32,000 bases of DNA, taken from contig NZ_LT934425.1 in assembly GCF_900232105.1 (NCBI RefSeq), positions 3,300,001 through 3,332,000 of the forward strand, in the 5' to 3' direction. The position numbers were made by a program, and so were the translations under genes. The notes beneath the pieces were generated by a model, which did no database searches, was not told the DNA's origin, and saw only the letters and a program-made list of their open reading frames with translations. Source of the stretch: Candidatus Kuenenia stuttgartensis (GTDB lineage Bacteria; Planctomycetota; Brocadiia; Brocadiales; Brocadiaceae). Positions 28,720 to 32,000 of the stretch are shown here, in pieces. Every line of letters starts with the position of its first letter. Position 1 is the first letter of the stretch.

Positions 28720-29511
28720 TTAAAAAGATTGAATTTCAGCAAGAGCCTGATGGAAGATATCCTGGGTAATTTTCTGTGATTGTCTGATGGAAGCGTTAAT
28801 CAGGCAGGCGGTGGAAATGGCGTTGATTTGCCTTGGGATGCCGGCGGAGAACTCATGGATCAGGTCTTTGACGTCTGAGTCAAAGATTTTATCGGATGCG
28901 CCGGAAGATTTCAGATGGAAGTCTATGTATGCAGCGGTTTGAGTTTTAGTAAGGGGATGAATGTGGTAATGTACCGAGATGCGTTGTGCGAAGTCGGCAT
29001 GGATGTCTCTTTTGAGGATATATTTGAGGTGTTCCTGTCCCGAGAGGATGATTTTGAGATGAGTGGAAGAATCAAGCGGAGAGCTGACAAGGAGTCTGAG
29101 GTCTGTGATGGCGTCGGTTTTCAGGAGATGAGCCTCGTCGATAACGATAATGGGAGTGAGATTTGAGCGCAAGGATTTATCCATAATTTGGAGGAAGAGC
29201 CGGTCTTTGGTGTGTTTTGGTATTTCACCGAGCTGGGAGACGATTAAGGAGAGAAGGCTGGATGATTTTAGGTGGGTAAAATGGAGGTAGATGGGGAGAA
29301 ACAGGTTTTGGGGGATTTGTGAGAGGAAGAGTTTGAGGAGTGTGGATTTTCCGACTCCCGTCTGTCCGTAGAGGACGGCGATAGAGCCTGAGTGTAAGAG
29401 GTATTGGAGTCGTGCAAGCCCCTGGGTAAAGCGTTCGTCTTTCATGATAAGGCTGGTGTTGATTCTTTCAGAGAACGGCTGAGTAGTCATGGAAAAATGA
29501 GAAGTAAACAT
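28720..29511 (-). CDS. AAA+ ATPase of ExeA/TniB/TnsC type, transposition-associated
   Basis: Walker A GQTGVGKST, Walker B TPIIVIDEAH, sensor ILSGQEHL, C-terminal SAGIPRQINAISTACL. Confidence 0.87.
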   Translation of the reverse strand: MFTSHFSMTTQPFSERINTSLIMKDERFTQGLARLQYLLHSGSIAVLYGQTGVGKSTLLKLFLSQIPQNLFLPIYLHFTHLKSSSLLSLIVSQLGEIPKHTKDRLFLQIMDKSLRSNLTPIIVIDEAHLLKTDAITDLRLLVSSPLDSSTHLKIILSGQEHLKYILKRDIHADFAQRISVHYHIHPLTKTQTAAYIDFHLKSSGASDKIFDSDVKDLIHEFSAGIPRQINAISTACLINASIRQSQKITQDIFHQALAEIQSF

Positions 29512-29513
29512 GG

Positions 29514-31074
29514 TTAAGAGACCTCCTTTTTCGAGTAAGCGATTTGTAATTCACGAATGATATAGGGTAAGGTTTTCACGGAGGCATTTTGGAATGCCTC
29601 CGTGAGCAATGATTCGTTGAGAGCGGGGATACGGTTGTAGCATTTTTTAAGCGATTCGAGTTCATGAGAGCTGAAGGCGGAGAGAGAGCCTTTGTGTCCC
29701 ATGAGGAGTGCGAGTTTCTGGACGAATGCCATGAATGGCCAGGGTCGTTCGGAGATGATTTGGTGGTAATCAATGCCTTTGGCCTGAGCCTGGAGAATGG
29801 ATTTGTGTTTCTGAGTGATAAGGTCGAGGTAATTATGTTTTGGTTTTGAAGGTGAGGCGGCTGGAGTTTCAGCGCCCTGGTCGCGCAGGTAGAGATTTCC
29901 CGAGCCGAGGTATTCACCGTTTGCGGAATAGATCAAGACCTTTTTGAGATCGCCGTATGGGTCGTAACGGACTTCTACTTTATCGCCTCTGAGTTTGGGG
30001 TCAACACGGTAAAAGCGGTTATCAATGCGGACATCGGCAAAGGTTCTGTCAACGGTTCTGGGGATGCGTTTCATGAAGAAGGCAAGAGCGGCGTCCATAT
30101 CGACGTGTCGGATGACGGTAAGCCCCTCGTCGTAGCGTTGTTTTGGAGATTGATTGGTTTCGGAGTGGATTCTTGCGTGATAGACAACGGCAAGGTAAGC
30201 GGAGAAGGCCTGGTTAATGGCATCAAGGGTGATAATGTCGCCGGAGCGGACTTCCGACTCGAACTGTGTCTGGCTGGTGCCGAAGAAACGTTCGACCAGT
30301 CCGCCGGGAGCAGGGTCGCGTGGTGGTCTGTGGATGAGTTTAATGCCGAGGTTGTAACAGGCAGAGCGCAGGGCGTCAGAGTGGTAGACCTTGGCATTGT
30401 CGAGGTAGAGTTCTTTGGGCGAGCCGTGGATAGTCCAGGCCCTGATGAGAGAATCGATAAGGATATCGAGGGTTTGTTTGAGATAATACCGTCCTTCGAC
30501 CACATAACGGCTGTAGCAGTCGATAAAGAGACAGAGGTTTGTGGGAAGCGCCTCGCCGTCAACGAGCACGAAAGGGCCTTCCTGGAAGTCGCCAATCCAG
30601 AGGTCGTGGGTATGCTCACGGCTAAGAGCGTATACGCACCTTTTGCTGTGAGACGCCGAGTTTGAGCCGGGTCGCCCCTGCGAGTCTGAGATGGCGGTAG
30701 AGGGTGGATTTGGGGATCGTTTTCCCATAGTATTTCTCAAGAAAGCGGTTGAGGCAATCGTCGCTGCGGCGTGGTTGTTCTTTTTTGAGTTCAACGGCTT
30801 TGTCGATAATTTCAGGAGAAAACCTTCTGGATGCGCCACGGTCGCTCCTCGCCTTTCTTGCAAGAGATTGAAATCCATCTTTGCGGTAGCGGTTGAGTTT
30901 TCTCCTGAGGGTAGAGATAGTGGGTCTTTTCCGCTTTCCGTTGGGGAATACGACCTCCTGAAGGCAGAGTTTTTTCAGAAAAAGGTTGGTCTGCTCCTTC
31001 TCAATCTCACCGAAGATGACAGGATGCAGAAGATTGCACCAGAATAAAGCCCATTTTTCGTCTTTCGATTTCAT
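29514..31074 (-). CDS. HTH + rve-type DDE integrase/transposase split by an apparent +1 frameshift
   Basis: N-part 30622..31074 (STLRRKLNRYRKDGFQSLARKARSDRG...STLYRHLRLAGATRLKLGVSQQKVR) and C-part within ORF 29514..30878 (SREHTHDLWIGDFQEGPFVLV...CLFIDCYSRYVV...YLDNAKVY...GGLVERFFGT). The 30660..30878 part of the track ORF is antiphase to the HTH frame and probably not coding. Confidence 0.8.
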
Positions 31075-31077
31075 AAT

Positions 31078-31105
31078 TCACCTCCTTTTTTAAGTGTGGA
31101 GGTGA
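31078..31105 (-). promoter_or_regulatory. Hairpin occluding the ribosome-binding site of the integrase gene
   Basis: Minus strand TCACCTCC-ACACTTAAAAAA-GGAGGTGA immediately before ATTATG: 8-bp perfect pairing covers the whole Shine-Dalgarno. Confidence 0.6.
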
Positions 31106-31112
31106 TTGTAAC

Positions 31113-31751
31113 TCAAGACCAGCCGCTTTTTGTTGCCAGTTCGGGGAAAAATGAATGCCCAAAAATTCGGTGATATTCCGGCTCGGCGCTGAACAATTGA
31201 ATCGATTGATCGAGGGAGGTTTTTCGTTGTTTGCTTTTATACTTTCCGTGGTAAATGGGAAACATTTGGCGAAAAACCGGAGAGTTGGGGTCGGCCTGCC
31301 TGATGAGGTCAAAGGCGTTGCGGAGTGTGTATTTCAGTGAGCCAAAGAAACGCAGCCACCTCCAAACGGTTGACCAGGCAAGCATGCGGTTGTCTATTTC
31401 CTGTGTTCGGGTAGTATATCCGATGGCAGAGGAGACACTCCGGTAGGTTTCTGTATCATCTTTGACATAAGCCTGACTGAAGGAGAGACAGTGATCCTTT
31501 ACGTACCGCTTGTAAGGGAGCGCATACTCAGGATAGGAAGTAAACGTCTTCTTGCACAAGGAACATTTCCAACGTCCCAGGAAAGATTCTATCGTATGAA
31601 CAAGGGAGTCGATAATAACGTGAAACAACCGATATCTGCATTCATGAAGGGTGAAATTGACATGGGTACTCTTGCACTTTGGACAAAAGCATGGCTTCTG
31701 TTTTGTCGCAATAAGCTTTTCATGCTTGTGGATTTTTTCTATAATATTCAC
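31113..31751 (-). CDS. Zinc-ribbon/HTH protein, DUF6431-like
   Basis: CFCPKCKS...WKCSLCKKTF zinc ribbon; GTG start with SD AAAGGAGG. Confidence 0.62.
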   Translation of the reverse strand: MNIIEKIHKHEKLIATKQKPCFCPKCKSTHVNFTLHECRYRLFHVIIDSLVHTIESFLGRWKCSLCKKTFTSYPEYALPYKRYVKDHCLSFSQAYVKDDTETYRSVSSAIGYTTRTQEIDNRMLAWSTVWRWLRFFGSLKYTLRNAFDLIRQADPNSPVFRQMFPIYHGKYKSKQRKTSLDQSIQLFSAEPEYHRIFGHSFFPELATKSGWS

Positions 31752-31780
31752 GCACTGCCTCCTTTGTATAGGGGGGAAAT

Positions 31781-31822
31781 GGGCAGGAGGATGAAGTTTC
31801 CCAACGTTCGGTCCTCCTGCCC
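31781..31822. promoter_or_regulatory. Strong hairpin in the leader of the zinc-ribbon gene; terminator-like on the plus strand
   Basis: 11-bp perfect stem GGGCAGGAGGA / TCCTCCTGCCC with 20-nt loop; followed by TGAGTTTTTTA on plus strand. Confidence 0.6.
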
Positions 31823-31903
31823 TGAGTTTTTTATGTTCCGGAAAAATCTTACAAAACTTGTCCTCGTGAAAACGGGGAACTGGGAAGTAAACCGCCGTTA
31901 GGA

Positions 31904-31935
31904 AGTTTGGAAGTGGTTTTAACCCCTTCCAAACT
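31904..31935. repeat. Inverted repeat/hairpin
   Basis: AGTTTGGAAG / CTTCCAAACT, 10-bp perfect arms with 12-nt spacer. Confidence 0.45.
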
Positions 31936-32000
31936 ATTTAATGAGGCTTTACTCCGCCTTACGGACGGAACTTCTTTCTAACGGGGTAAACGATGTATTT

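Larger units (their letters stand above)
28377..32000 (-). mobile_element. Tn7/TniAB-like multigene transposon block, right end beyond window
   Basis: Four co-oriented minus-strand genes (zinc-ribbon, HTH+DDE integrase, AAA+ ATPase, CHC2-like Zn finger) starting directly at the point where IS66 is interrupted. Confidence 0.6.

Noticed and set aside
30622-30640. Programmed +1 frameshift of prfB type in the integrase
   Set aside because: The local CGC TCT TAG C lacks the CTT-TGA-C slippery context and an upstream SD-like stimulator was not evident; kept only as an unresolved frameshift.
30071-30665. Antisense/alternate-frame ORFs 30071..30619 (-) and 30105..30665 (+)
   Set aside because: Fully inside the integrase catalytic domain; compositionally odd; explained by shadow ORFs.
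30660-30878. N-terminal ~73 residues of track ORF 29514..30878 (MDFNLLQERRGATVAHPEG...)
   Set aside because: Overlaps the well-supported HTH frame of 30622..31074 and shows no domain-like character; probably fortuitous openness upstream of the true catalytic part.
1-32000. CRISPR array, rRNA or tRNA genes
   Set aside because: No regularly spaced direct repeats and no recognisable rRNA or tRNA cloverleaf sequence noticed by eye; a tRNAscan/CRISPR finder run would be decisive.

Overview
AT-rich bacterial chromosome window. Gene content (paired small c-type cytochromes, IS family mix) suggests an anammox planctomycete such as Candidatus Kuenenia/Brocadia; this is inference, not tested. Core genes: truncated histidine kinase, NAD-dependent epimerase, rplM-rpsI, FabZ-like dehydratase, HAD hydrolase, prfC, ndk, a DUF4416-like gene, proS, three monoheme cytochrome c genes, an 839-aa protein of unknown function, a hemerythrin-like gene overlapping an Fe-S-associated gene, def-fmt-DUF116-rsmB, and a pirin-family gene. 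Mobile DNA: an IS1634-type element abutting an IS630-type element (7.07-10.07 kb), a second IS630-type element with good TIRs and TA flanks (24.38-25.69 kb), a truncated IS66-type transposase (27.3-28.4 kb), and a multigene transposon-like block (28.4 kb to beyond the window). The block encodes a zinc-ribbon protein, a frameshifted HTH+DDE integrase, an AAA+ ATPase and a small primase-type Zn-finger protein. Most interesting: (1) this four-gene block, which resembles a Tn7/Tn5053-type (TnsB/TnsC/TniQ) layout with a CHC2-like zinc finger protein in the TniQ-like position; (2) a cytochrome pair in which the small class I member has Cys at the normal axial Met position, matching the NaxLS-type His/Cys heme; (3) a HEPN-like protein with an RNxxxH motif, broken by a poly-A frameshift and apparently cut by IS66; (4) ribosome-binding-site-occluding hairpins in the leaders of the transposon genes.
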